Positions 16,635-24,833 of a stretch of 26,551 bases of DNA are shown here, piece by piece; the stretch's first letter is position 1, and the number at the start of each line of letters is the position of its first letter. The notes below the pieces were generated by a model. The model made no database searches. It was not told where the DNA came from and saw only the letters and a list, made by a program, of their open reading frames with translations. The position numbers were made by a program, and so were the translations under genes. This DNA is from a virus (Duplodnaviria; Heunggongvirae; Uroviricota; Caudoviricetes), in IMG/VR virus record IMGVR_UViG_2526164666_000046; one strand, written 5' to 3'.

Positions 16635-16960
16635 GCAAGATTGACTATCAGGCACTGCGTGAGGCGGCAGAAGCAATAAAAGTCGTGGCAACGCCGCAAA
16701 AATTGCTTGCGTTTCGTATGAAAGTCACACCGCAGGTTGTGCTGGTGCTGCTGGATGAACTAGAAGCTAAAAACAAACGCATTACAGAACTGGAAGCGAG
16801 GGAAGTTCAATTACCGACTCGCTACGACCTTCGATATGGGCACCCAATAAATGCTGATAAGCGACATGTCATGATACCTAAAGAAAATGGCAGCTGGCTT
16901 TGCCTGATTGACTTAGAACACGCACTACGCGTCGCTGGCATTCGCATCAAAGGAGAGTGA
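16631..16960 (+). CDS. Hypothetical protein (109 aa)
   Basis: Coupled ORF; charged helical N-terminus. Confidence 0.4.
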   Translation: MSKIDYQALREAAEAIKVVATPQKLLAFRMKVTPQVVLVLLDELEAKNKRITELEAREVQLPTRYDLRYGHPINADKRHVMIPKENGSWLCLIDLEHALRVAGIRIKGE

Positions 16961-16961
16961 G

Positions 16962-17825
16962 ATGACCACTTTCACCGATAAGAAACTGATTAAAGAAATC
17001 AAAGAGCGCATAAGCAGCCTGGACGTGCGAGACAATATTGAGCGTCGGGCTTATGAAATTGCATTGACTGCATTGACAGCGGAGCCATTTGGCATCATCG
17101 ATACTTCGGGGATTGCGCTCATTAACCATGGTAGTGATGCGTATATTTGGCCCGTCAATTCGATGGAGCCGGGAGATGTACCACTATATATCGGCCTGCC
17201 ACGAATTGCACCGGCATCAATACCAGAGGCCATGACAGAGGAAAAAGCGTACTCAAATGTACAAACGAGCTGGCAGGATGCGAAATATTACGCTACTGGC
17301 TGGAATGCCTGCCGCGCCGCCATGCTTCAGGCCAGAAACTTTCGGGAAAATAAGAATTCGTCAACCAATAATTTTCGGGAAATCGCGGAAACGTCAACCA
17401 ACTATCCGGTAATTCCTAGTGAGGTGTTGTCCGCAATCCAGAAGGTTGCCAAGATTCGTGCCGATTTCGATGATTTTGACGGTGACAGGCGAGGTATCGG
17501 TGATTATCTGGATGAGGCTGAGCAAGAGCTTATCGTTACCATTAACAAATATGCCAGTCAGTTGGCAGCAGAACCTATAGCGCCTAATGACGTTCGAGAG
17601 CAGACAGCCATTCCGCAAGTTCCGGTAACTCCGGATGGTTGGATAAGCTGTAGTGAGCTAATGCCGAACGACGCACAGTGGTGCGTAGTGAACACAGAAT
17701 ACGGGTATTACGTGCAATGCTGGTCTGAAGGTCAAGGGTGGCTTGGTGATGATATCAGCATCCCTGAATGCGATGTAACCCACTGGATGCCTCTACCAGA
17801 ACCGCCGCAGGAGGTGAGTCAATGA
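16962..17825 (+). CDS. DUF551-type phage protein (287 aa)
   Basis: C-terminal W..CWSEGQGW...THWMPLPEPP motif characteristic of DUF551 as I remember it. Confidence 0.55.
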   Translation: MTTFTDKKLIKEIKERISSLDVRDNIERRAYEIALTALTAEPFGIIDTSGIALINHGSDAYIWPVNSMEPGDVPLYIGLPRIAPASIPEAMTEEKAYSNVQTSWQDAKYYATGWNACRAAMLQARNFRENKNSSTNNFREIAETSTNYPVIPSEVLSAIQKVAKIRADFDDFDGDRRGIGDYLDEAEQELIVTINKYASQLAAEPIAPNDVREQTAIPQVPVTPDGWISCSELMPNDAQWCVVNTEYGYYVQCWSEGQGWLGDDISIPECDVTHWMPLPEPPQEVSQ

Positions 17826-17905
17826 GTTGGCCTGAAGCATTTGCAATTGTAGGTGTTGCAATATCGATTGCGCTGATTATTTTTTCGATTTGCCGCTGGG
17901 GATAA
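17822..17905 (+). CDS. Possible small hydrophobic peptide (27 aa, MSWPEAFAIVGVAISIALIIFSICRWG)
   Basis: ATG overlaps the upstream stop (ATGA); single membrane helix; below the ORF-track cutoff. Speculative. Confidence 0.3.
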   Translation: MSWPEAFAIVGVAISIALIIFSICRWG

Positions 17906-17909
17906 TCTC

Positions 17910-18152
17910 ATGTTCGCACTTATTCAACGCGGGCAAATATACACGGACAGGGCCGGATACCCTGTGGTGATTACTCGCTGTACGGACCGCTCTGTGTTCT
18001 TTCGACGTATGGACGGACACTCCGGGCGGGTATGCATTGGTGAGTTCAACTGCCTGTTCGAACATATTGACCACCAGCAGTATTGCAAAATCCTGGCGGA
18101 CACTGAGCAGGAAAAGCACCTGAAAAAATTGCGCGCAATGCAACGGAGGTGA
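17910..18152 (+). CDS. Hypothetical protein (80 aa)
   Basis: ORF in operon position; no motif recognised. Confidence 0.35.
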   Translation: MFALIQRGQIYTDRAGYPVVITRCTDRSVFFRRMDGHSGRVCIGEFNCLFEHIDHQQYCKILADTEQEKHLKKLRAMQRR

Positions 18153-18155
18153 TAC

Positions 18156-18302
18156 ATGCATACGGTTTTTGAGTTATGGGTTCGCAAGACATTCGGCAAT
18201 CGCTATGACCTGACGCGAGATGTTGACGGTTTCTACTGTCGTGAAATTGTGAAACGAATGTTTGAAGTGTGGTGTCACTGTCGTGGGCTGAATGTTGTGT
18301 GA
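18156..18302 (+). CDS. Hypothetical small protein (48 aa, MHTVFELWVRKTFGNRYDLTRDVDGFYCREIV...)
   Basis: Strong SD GGAGGT 5 nt upstream of the ATG at 18156; below the ORF-track cutoff. Confidence 0.35.
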   Translation: MHTVFELWVRKTFGNRYDLTRDVDGFYCREIVKRMFEVWCHCRGLNVV

Positions 18303-18310
18303 GGTGAACT

Positions 18311-18520
18311 GTGGGGCTGGATTGCGTACCTATATCAACCTACTGCCGCAACGCGGGAGAAACGGTTGATGCCGTTAACAAACGGATACAAAGAGGAATA
18401 TGGAAAGAAGGGGTACATGTATTAAAAGTCGACGGGGTTAAAGAGCGTTGGGTCGACTTAATAGAGGTTTCAAAATGGGCAAGAAAGAACAAGGATTATT
18501 ATCTCTGCCAAGAGGAGTAA
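18311..18520 (+). CDS. Excisionase-like protein (Xis)
   Basis: Small winged-helix-like ORF (…VDAVNKRIQRGIWKEGVHVLKVDGVKERWVDLIEVSKW…) immediately upstream of and overlapping the integrase gene; GTG start with GAGGTG RBS. Confidence 0.5.
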   Translation: MGLDCVPISTYCRNAGETVDAVNKRIQRGIWKEGVHVLKVDGVKERWVDLIEVSKWARKNKDYYLCQEE

Positions 18521-19650
18521 CTATTCGTAAGCATAAAACTGCTTCAACACTAGTTATCACTTTCACATATAAAGGGGTTCTTTGCAGGGAGCCCCTATCT
18601 CGGCTTGAGGCAAATACACGTGGTATAAAATATGCTGAGCGCCTGCTAGGGGAGATACAAAATCAGATCGCCAGCGGAACGTTTGAATATGCGAAATATT
18701 TCCCCAATTCCAAAAAACTGGAGTTATTCGGTGTAGTAAAGAAAACCAAAAATATTAAGTCCTATCTTGATGAATACCTGAAAATTTGCATAAACCGTAA
18801 TCTGTCGCCGTCAACCATTGGCGGTTACGAAAAATGTCTATCAGCACTATCAGAACTACATAAACTACATGTAACAGAATTGACGCCTGCGATACTAAAA
18901 AATTGGATAGCCAGCCGAAAAACTAAGCTGAAAACAATCAGGAATAACCTGTCATTTCTGCGCAGCGCCATTGATGAAGCTGTTACGGATGGCCTGCTGA
19001 CCATTAACCCGGTAACCCTCGTCAGCGCCAGCCGGTACCACGTGATCGACAGTAGCCCGAGCGCCGACGATTACGAGGTTGACCCGTTCACGCCAGCGGA
19101 GACCCTTGCCATTTACCAGAGCTGCAGGTACAGGGAATGGGAAAACCTGTTCCGCTTTGCTTTCAATACAGGTCTGCGGAGCTCAGAACTGTGCGCGCTG
19201 CGCTGGGCTGATCTCGACACCATCGCGAACACAGCCCACGTTCAGGCGGCCAGTGTCGTAGGGGTACTTAAAGGCACCAAGACAAAAGCCGGTACCCGTA
19301 AGGTGGAGCTGAACAGTGAGGCGCTGGCAGCCCTGCAGGCGCAGAAGCAATACACCTTTATGAAAAGTGAGTTCATATTCAGCGATCCGAAAACGGGAGA
19401 ACCCTGGACGAACGCCGACGCTATCCGTAAAAAAGCATGGGTGCCGACCCTGAAAAAAGCTGGTGTGCGCTACCGTAACCCGTACCAGACGCGCCACACA
19501 TTCGCCACCAGACACATTAGCCAGGGTGTAAACCTTTTCTGGCTTGCCGGGCAGATGGGGCATAAGGGGCCGGAAATGCTGTTCCGCAATTACGGTAAAT
19601 ACCTGGCTGAATACGATGGTAAAACGTCTATAAATGTTGTGTCAAGCTGA
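18475..19650 (+). CDS. Lambda-type tyrosine integrase with N-terminal arm-binding domain
   Basis: Catalytic-domain pattern ...LRSSELCALRWADLD..., ...RHTFATRHISQGVNLFWLAGQMGHKGPEMLFRNYGKYL (R..H..R..Y region); terminal position in the early-left operon after xis. Confidence 0.85.
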   Translation: MGKKEQGLLSLPRGVTIRKHKTASTLVITFTYKGVLCREPLSRLEANTRGIKYAERLLGEIQNQIASGTFEYAKYFPNSKKLELFGVVKKTKNIKSYLDEYLKICINRNLSPSTIGGYEKCLSALSELHKLHVTELTPAILKNWIASRKTKLKTIRNNLSFLRSAIDEAVTDGLLTINPVTLVSASRYHVIDSSPSADDYEVDPFTPAETLAIYQSCRYREWENLFRFAFNTGLRSSELCALRWADLDTIANTAHVQAASVVGVLKGTKTKAGTRKVELNSEALAALQAQKQYTFMKSEFIFSDPKTGEPWTNADAIRKKAWVPTLKKAGVRYRNPYQTRHTFATRHISQGVNLFWLAGQMGHKGPEMLFRNYGKYLAEYDGKTSINVVSS

Positions 19651-20009
19651 GTACATAGGCTTAAGGCTGATGAAAATTAAGAATGAGTCTACCATTGCTT
19701 TTTGTGAAATGAGCTATCATCTATGTTATTGATAGTTTCCATAGTTCATTTAGGTAATTGTAAATTTAATTAAAATCAATAACTTACATCATAGCAAGAA
19801 ATGGAGTGCAAATATATTTCTTGACTTCACGTAAGTTACTTTATTGCAATAAATTTTCACTAGGACAGTGCAAGGACACTGATAGTACTTGATGAGTCCC
19901 AGTACAAACTGTTATCCTGTGCTCCACAAATTCTAAAACTTTTATGTTTTTTTACTTTTCAAGAGCTTAACGTAGGTATCGGCGAAGCACCACAACTGGA
20001 GTGAACACT

Positions 20010-20048
20010 ATGAAAAAGACACTGACCGTAGGTTTCGGTGAAGGTTAA
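20010..20048 (+). other. 12-codon leader-type ORF (MKKTLTVGFGEG) with strong RBS
   Basis: GGAG at 19998-20001, 8-nt spacer, ATG 20010; followed 45 nt later by a hairpin + U-tract. Confidence 0.3.
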
Positions 20049-20093
20049 CTACAACCTAAAATTTTAAAACAAACCTCCATTAGCACAATAAGG

Positions 20094-20117
20094 CCTCCCA
20101 TGCGGAGGTCTTTTGTT
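20094..20117 (+). terminator. Hairpin + U-rich tail between the leader ORF and the membrane-protein gene (attenuator-like)
   Basis: CCTCC-CATGC-GGAGG followed by TCTTTTGTT; 16 nt upstream of the ATG at 20133. Confidence 0.35.
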
Positions 20118-20132
20118 ATAGGAATCAATAAG

Positions 20133-21041
20133 ATGGCGAGAACATTAGTCAACGTCAGCGCTACAATTTTTGCTCTAATGATGATTGTCAGAGCACTTTT
20201 TACTTATATCTACCCTGGAAAACTACCATTTAGCATCGCCATCATTGATTGGCTGATCGTCATTGCTGGTTCTGGTGCAGCAATATCTTCTATCTTCTGC
20301 TTCATCAAAAAACGCTATCCAGACACTGCAGAATTTCTTCCTATGTTCAGCACTGTTTGTTATGTGATTATCCTTATTGGATATGCAATTTTAAGGTACA
20401 CACCGGCCTATCAAACATCGCTTTCGATCATGGTTACAGGAATGCTCGTTGGAATGGGATGGTGGATACAATGCATAACGTCCGCTGCTAACACGCGCAG
20501 GTCCCACACGCTGAACATGATCATTAACACCCGAACAAGCCCGGAGTACCAAAAACAGCTTCGGAACAGCACCAAATTCTATCGGGGCATGCGTTATGTA
20601 CCACAAGAACTATCAGAGTGGCGCTGCAACCCAGACAAAGAAGAATACAAGAATATGAAGGTCCCCGATGAGTACAGGGATGCCATCAATGGCCTTTTAT
20701 ATATTCTTAATTATTTCGAGTTTCTTGCGCAGGGTATCAAGTTCAAGGATTTGGATGACGAATTACTGAGGGAGTGCTTCTCCAGCTTCTTACGCGGGAT
20801 AGAACGTCGTGGCTTCCACATGATCTTAGAGTCTCAGAAACAGGACCCTGCAGCCTTTGAAGGAATAATCTACCTTTCAAAAAAATGGAACGGAACATCG
20901 TTTGTTGAAACCCACCGTTCCAACCCTAATACGGTTGAGCTCGGGGTTCCATATCCTTCAAACGATATGGTTGAAAAAATGGTTCAAGGTCAGCCGTTAA
21001 TAGATAGCGACGCAGGGCCGGAACTTCAAGTGGCCACTTAA
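20133..21041 (+). CDS. Membrane protein: four N-terminal TM helices + ~170-aa cytoplasmic C-terminal domain (303 aa), unknown function
   Basis: Start taken at MARTLVNVSATIF (20133), not the track's 20100; four hydrophobic segments, then a soluble domain with no recognisable motif; AT-rich island between two integrases. Confidence 0.5.
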   Translation: MARTLVNVSATIFALMMIVRALFTYIYPGKLPFSIAIIDWLIVIAGSGAAISSIFCFIKKRYPDTAEFLPMFSTVCYVIILIGYAILRYTPAYQTSLSIMVTGMLVGMGWWIQCITSAANTRRSHTLNMIINTRTSPEYQKQLRNSTKFYRGMRYVPQELSEWRCNPDKEEYKNMKVPDEYRDAINGLLYILNYFEFLAQGIKFKDLDDELLRECFSSFLRGIERRGFHMILESQKQDPAAFEGIIYLSKKWNGTSFVETHRSNPNTVELGVPYPSNDMVEKMVQGQPLIDSDAGPELQVAT

Positions 21042-21143
21042 TCTCGTTGTATGGACCAAGAGAGGACCAGAAAATGCACTCAAAATGCACTTGAGGCATT
21101 TTAAAACAGAGAATGCATTGTTATTCAATGGGTTAAGCATTGC

Positions 21144-21175
21144 TCGGGCACGGGTTCAACTCCCGCCAGCTCCAC
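21144..21175 (+). other. tmRNA (ssrA) 3'-end-like fragment, probable att core of ssrA-targeting integrative elements
   Basis: TCGGGCACGGGTTCAACTCCCGCCAGCTCCAC matches my memory of the E. coli ssrA 3' end (...TCGGACGCGGGTTCAACTCCCGCCAGCTCCACCA) with a few mismatches; followed by T5 and a hairpin + T6 at about 21210-21246; no upstream tmRNA body. Confidence 0.55.
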
Positions 21176-21339
21176 TTTTTAGTTGTTTGAAGTTCAATGA
21201 AGTCTACTAAGCCCACACAGCACAAGCTCTGCGGGCTTTTTTACGTCTATTGTCGTCCAGTGAGAATTGCTGAGAACTACGAGTTATGGCACCCTGAATG
21301 GGACCCACTAAGAAGGGTCCAAAAACCGAGGGTCCCAAA

Positions 21340-22560
21340 ATGGCAAAAATCGCTAAGAAGCTCACTGACACTGAAATCAAAAGCACCAAGCCAGCCGATA
21401 AAGAAATCAACTTGTTTGACGGTGATGGTCTGATTCTACGAATCGCTCCTTTGGCGAAAGGAGGCAAGAAAAATTGGTATTTCAGGTATGCAGTACCCGT
21501 GAGCAAGAAAAGAACCAAAATGAGCCTTGGGACATATCCTCACCTTACCCTTGCAAGAGCCAGAGCCTTACGTGATGAATATCTCTCCTTTCTGGCAAAT
21601 GGTGTTGATCCCCAAATCCATAACAACGATAAGGCGAAGGCATTAAAGAGTGCTACTGAGCACACTCTCCAAGCCGTAGCGCGGAAATGGTTAGATGAGA
21701 AGGTAAAGACATCAGGTATCTCACAAGACCATGCAGCAGACATCTGGCGCAGCTTAGAGAGAAATGTCTTTCCCGGTCTGGGTAATGTCCCTATCCGACC
21801 TAAGCTCTTAAAACAACACCTTGATCCTATTGAGCAACGAGGCGTATTGGAAACTCTACGCCGTATCATTTCACGTCTGAATGAAATCTTCCGGTGGGCA
21901 GCTACTGAAGAACTTATTGAGTTCAACCCGGCTGACAACCTTGGTCAAAGATTCAGTAAACCAAAAAAGCAAAATATGCCTGCCCTTCCCCCAAGCGAAT
22001 TGCCAAGGTTTATGGAATCTTTGACGAATGCGTCAATCCGGTTGGAAACACGTATGCTAATTGAATGGCAATTGTTGACATGGGTTCGTCCGGGTGAAGC
22101 CGTTCGCGCAAGGTGGTCTGATATTGATACAACCAACAGCATTTGGAACATTCCTGCTGATTTCATGAAAATGAAAAAGCTTCACAAAGTTCCTTTGAGT
22201 AAAGAAGCTTTGCGCATCCTTGAATTAATGAAATCAATAAGTGGGCATAGAGAATGGGTTTTCCCCAGCATAAAAGCGCCTCTTAATCATATGCATGAAC
22301 AAACAGCCAACGCAGCTATCATCCGAATGGGGTTCGGAGGCGAGCTTGTAGCTCACGGTATGCGTTCTATTGCACGAACAGCGGCAGAGGAGTCTGGTAA
22401 ATTCAGAGCTGAAGTTCTTGAGGCAGCGCTTGCCCACTCGAAAAAAGATGAAATTATCGCAGCATACAATCGTGCAGAATATCTGATAGAGCGACAGAGT
22501 TTGATGCAATGGTGGAGTGATTACGTTCAAGCTCAAAGATCAAATGCTCTGGTAGCCTAA
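21340..22560 (+). CDS. P4-type tyrosine integrase (IntA/CP4-57-like)
   Basis: MAKIAKKLTDTEIKSTKPADKEINLFDGDGL... closely parallels the remembered IntA N-terminus; C-terminal HGMRSIARTAA...ALAHSKKDEIIAAYNRAEYL catalytic region; RBS GAGGG 8 nt upstream of the ATG at 21340. Confidence 0.85.
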   Translation: MAKIAKKLTDTEIKSTKPADKEINLFDGDGLILRIAPLAKGGKKNWYFRYAVPVSKKRTKMSLGTYPHLTLARARALRDEYLSFLANGVDPQIHNNDKAKALKSATEHTLQAVARKWLDEKVKTSGISQDHAADIWRSLERNVFPGLGNVPIRPKLLKQHLDPIEQRGVLETLRRIISRLNEIFRWAATEELIEFNPADNLGQRFSKPKKQNMPALPPSELPRFMESLTNASIRLETRMLIEWQLLTWVRPGEAVRARWSDIDTTNSIWNIPADFMKMKKLHKVPLSKEALRILELMKSISGHREWVFPSIKAPLNHMHEQTANAAIIRMGFGGELVAHGMRSIARTAAEESGKFRAEVLEAALAHSKKDEIIAAYNRAEYLIERQSLMQWWSDYVQAQRSNALVA

Positions 22561-23233
22561 GTATCAGAATAGCTAATATAATCCTGAAGGTAAAGAAAAT
22601 GGAAACCCTATTCAAAGTTTTTGAAAAATTTAGTTCCAGACCACTTTTTTTATTTTTTTCGGACTCTCACTTTGTGAATTTTTTCAGAAACAATCTGTTC
22701 TGATGAATCCATCAGCAGATAACATCGCGAAATTATTCGCAGCCATGATATTAGTTGTTTTTTTACTTGGGGATTTGAATGGCTAATCTTCAAGTTCAAT
22801 GTAAACCTTGAACCTCATGATCAAGGCGATATTGGACCAACAATTGGAACGGCTACTTTAGCTGTATACTTAGTTTATGCCTTTCACTTTCTCAGTGAAA
22901 ATCCTGAAGCATTAAATTTAAAGTTATTAACTAACTCTGGCTTTATATACAGCACAACTCTATTATTATTCTCATTAGAATGCATGAAGCTTAGAAGACT
23001 TAAACAAAAATAAACAACATCATTGTGATGATAAATATAAAATAGGCATGGCGAAAAAAAATCACCACGCCTAAAATATAATAATTATGGTAGCATCATT
23101 GATACATAATCCACACCAATCCTTGAGCTATACTGAGACGCTATAGCCTGATATCTTTCTGCATAACCAGTTCTCAGTTGAGATTTAAGTTTGAGTCGGA
23201 CAGGAACATTTTGCACGTTGCCATCCATATTAC

Positions 23234-24832
23234 TTAAAAACACGGCAGAAATAATATTTTTTCTTCGCCATCAACTGTTGTTCCATGATTCAACACCACC
23301 ATATAATCAACAACAGGAAGCGTTTTATCCCCTTCGAAAATAGAGAGATATTTTCTTTGATTTTTATGCATTACATATATATATTTCGAATGTTCAGCAA
23401 ATGGCAATGCTTTACTCTGACTGGCGTTAAAAAGCTCCAGAACTTTAATGAGCCTGTGCGGACTTAATCTTACATGGTGAGGGTCGTTACCCTGAGTAGG
23501 AACCAAATCACATGCCGCAGATACACATAAATACCATTTGTTCGACTCTGTATCAAAGAAAATAGTGCCAGTAGAAATATGACCATCTTCAAAATTCTTT
23601 GAAGACAAATTCATATTTAAAGCATGATACATTTCGTGATAAGTATCATTATTTGATGGCAGATCCATTTTTGAAGAGCAATATTGGAGCAATGCAGCAA
23701 CTCCGCTGTTAGCGTATTCATTTGAATAGCTATCAAAAACACTTTTGATAAATTCATCCAGCGTATTATTATTTTTAAGTCTTTGATAAAGCTCTTCTGA
23801 TAAATTACCAAATACAAAGTCAATATTTCTACATCTAATATCAGGCGAGTCTGATTTTAATATCTCATTTAACCACGCAGCTTGACCGTAATGATCGTTA
23901 GCCAAATGATTTACAAAAGATAAAGCCTCAGCTTCGATTGCATTCTGAATTTCAGATTTTATTAACTGATAATAAGATGGTTTCCATTCAATGAGAGAAT
24001 CATTGAGAGTTTGCCAAATCCTATCTCCATCGTTTTCATGATCATCTTGAACCTTATGAAATAGGGAGACAAAGATATTACCACATTGAATCCATTTTAC
24101 TCCGCTTTCATCACCCCGAATGACATTGCCAGATGTGTTGCTAGAAATAATTGCATTTCTAGACACAGCATATTCTGCAATCATTTTTGCAATGAAGTTT
24201 TTATCCTTTTGATCCTCCAACACAGCATCATCATGTATTAATCTTTTAATTCTTCTACAAGGCTTACTGTCTTTAATATAGGCTATTATTTCATCTCTTG
24301 TGAGAGCTTTATTACCATTATCATTTAAGTTCGGTAATACAACGTCTTCCCAATAACTTTGGACATCTTCATTATCGTAGTCAATGATCAAGCTGTTGAT
24401 ATCCAGAGCACCTTTGAGAGTCGATGATATCTGCATCCAAACCGTTTCTAAATTCTCTCTAGTATATATTACAATCATATTTAAATGATCGGAGTCTTTC
24501 AAATCTTGTAATAGTTTAAGTGTTTTATCAGGTGCATTATTATCAAGATGATAATCTACAATAATAAGATCTGATTTTCTAATCCGATCCACATCGAAAT
24601 TAACAGAACCATTGTCAACATCACAAATCATATTTTTAGATTGAAAAAAGCTCTCAAGAGTAGCGGCTCGTTTAGATGAGTCAATTTTGTTGTAGTCTAA
24701 ATCAACTTCGTTATTCAACGCCCTGATTGATTCAGAATACGTCAGAAAATCGTCATCAATCATGACAACGGAACGAATTGCATTTTCGCAGAAAGTTTTC
24801 TGGACAAGAGAATTATAATTTGCCACTGTCAT
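23234..24832 (-). CDS. Receiver (REC)-domain protein fused to a ~400-aa uncharacterised C-terminal domain (532 aa); candidate effector of a two-component-type module
   Basis: N-terminal REC-like pattern: SVVMIDDD (acidic pocket), DLIIVDYHL (phospho-acceptor Asp position), NMIVIYT (conserved Thr position). ATG at 24832 with GGAG 7 nt upstream, 1 nt after the kinase stop. Very AT-rich. C-terminal domain unrecognised. Confidence 0.6.
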   Translation of the reverse strand: MTVANYNSLVQKTFCENAIRSVVMIDDDFLTYSESIRALNNEVDLDYNKIDSSKRAATLESFFQSKNMICDVDNGSVNFDVDRIRKSDLIIVDYHLDNNAPDKTLKLLQDLKDSDHLNMIVIYTRENLETVWMQISSTLKGALDINSLIIDYDNEDVQSYWEDVVLPNLNDNGNKALTRDEIIAYIKDSKPCRRIKRLIHDDAVLEDQKDKNFIAKMIAEYAVSRNAIISSNTSGNVIRGDESGVKWIQCGNIFVSLFHKVQDDHENDGDRIWQTLNDSLIEWKPSYYQLIKSEIQNAIEAEALSFVNHLANDHYGQAAWLNEILKSDSPDIRCRNIDFVFGNLSEELYQRLKNNNTLDEFIKSVFDSYSNEYANSGVAALLQYCSSKMDLPSNNDTYHEMYHALNMNLSSKNFEDGHISTGTIFFDTESNKWYLCVSAACDLVPTQGNDPHHVRLSPHRLIKVLELFNASQSKALPFAEHSKYIYVMHKNQRKYLSIFEGDKTLPVVDYMVVLNHGTTVDGEEKILFLPCF

Positions 24833-24833
24833 A

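Noticed and set aside
19079-19563. ORFs 19079..19261 (+) and 19183..19563 (-) inside the integrase gene
   Set aside because: Alternative-frame and antisense ORFs within a well-supported integrase coding sequence.
21041-21180. A complete tmRNA or tRNA gene
   Set aside because: Only the last ~32 nt of ssrA are recognisable; the upstream 330 nt of the tmRNA body are absent and no cloverleaf tRNA could be folded by eye, so it is called an att fragment and not an RNA gene.
22234-22536. Minus-strand ORF 22234..22536 inside the P4-type integrase
   Set aside because: Antisense to the integrase catalytic domain; no independent support.
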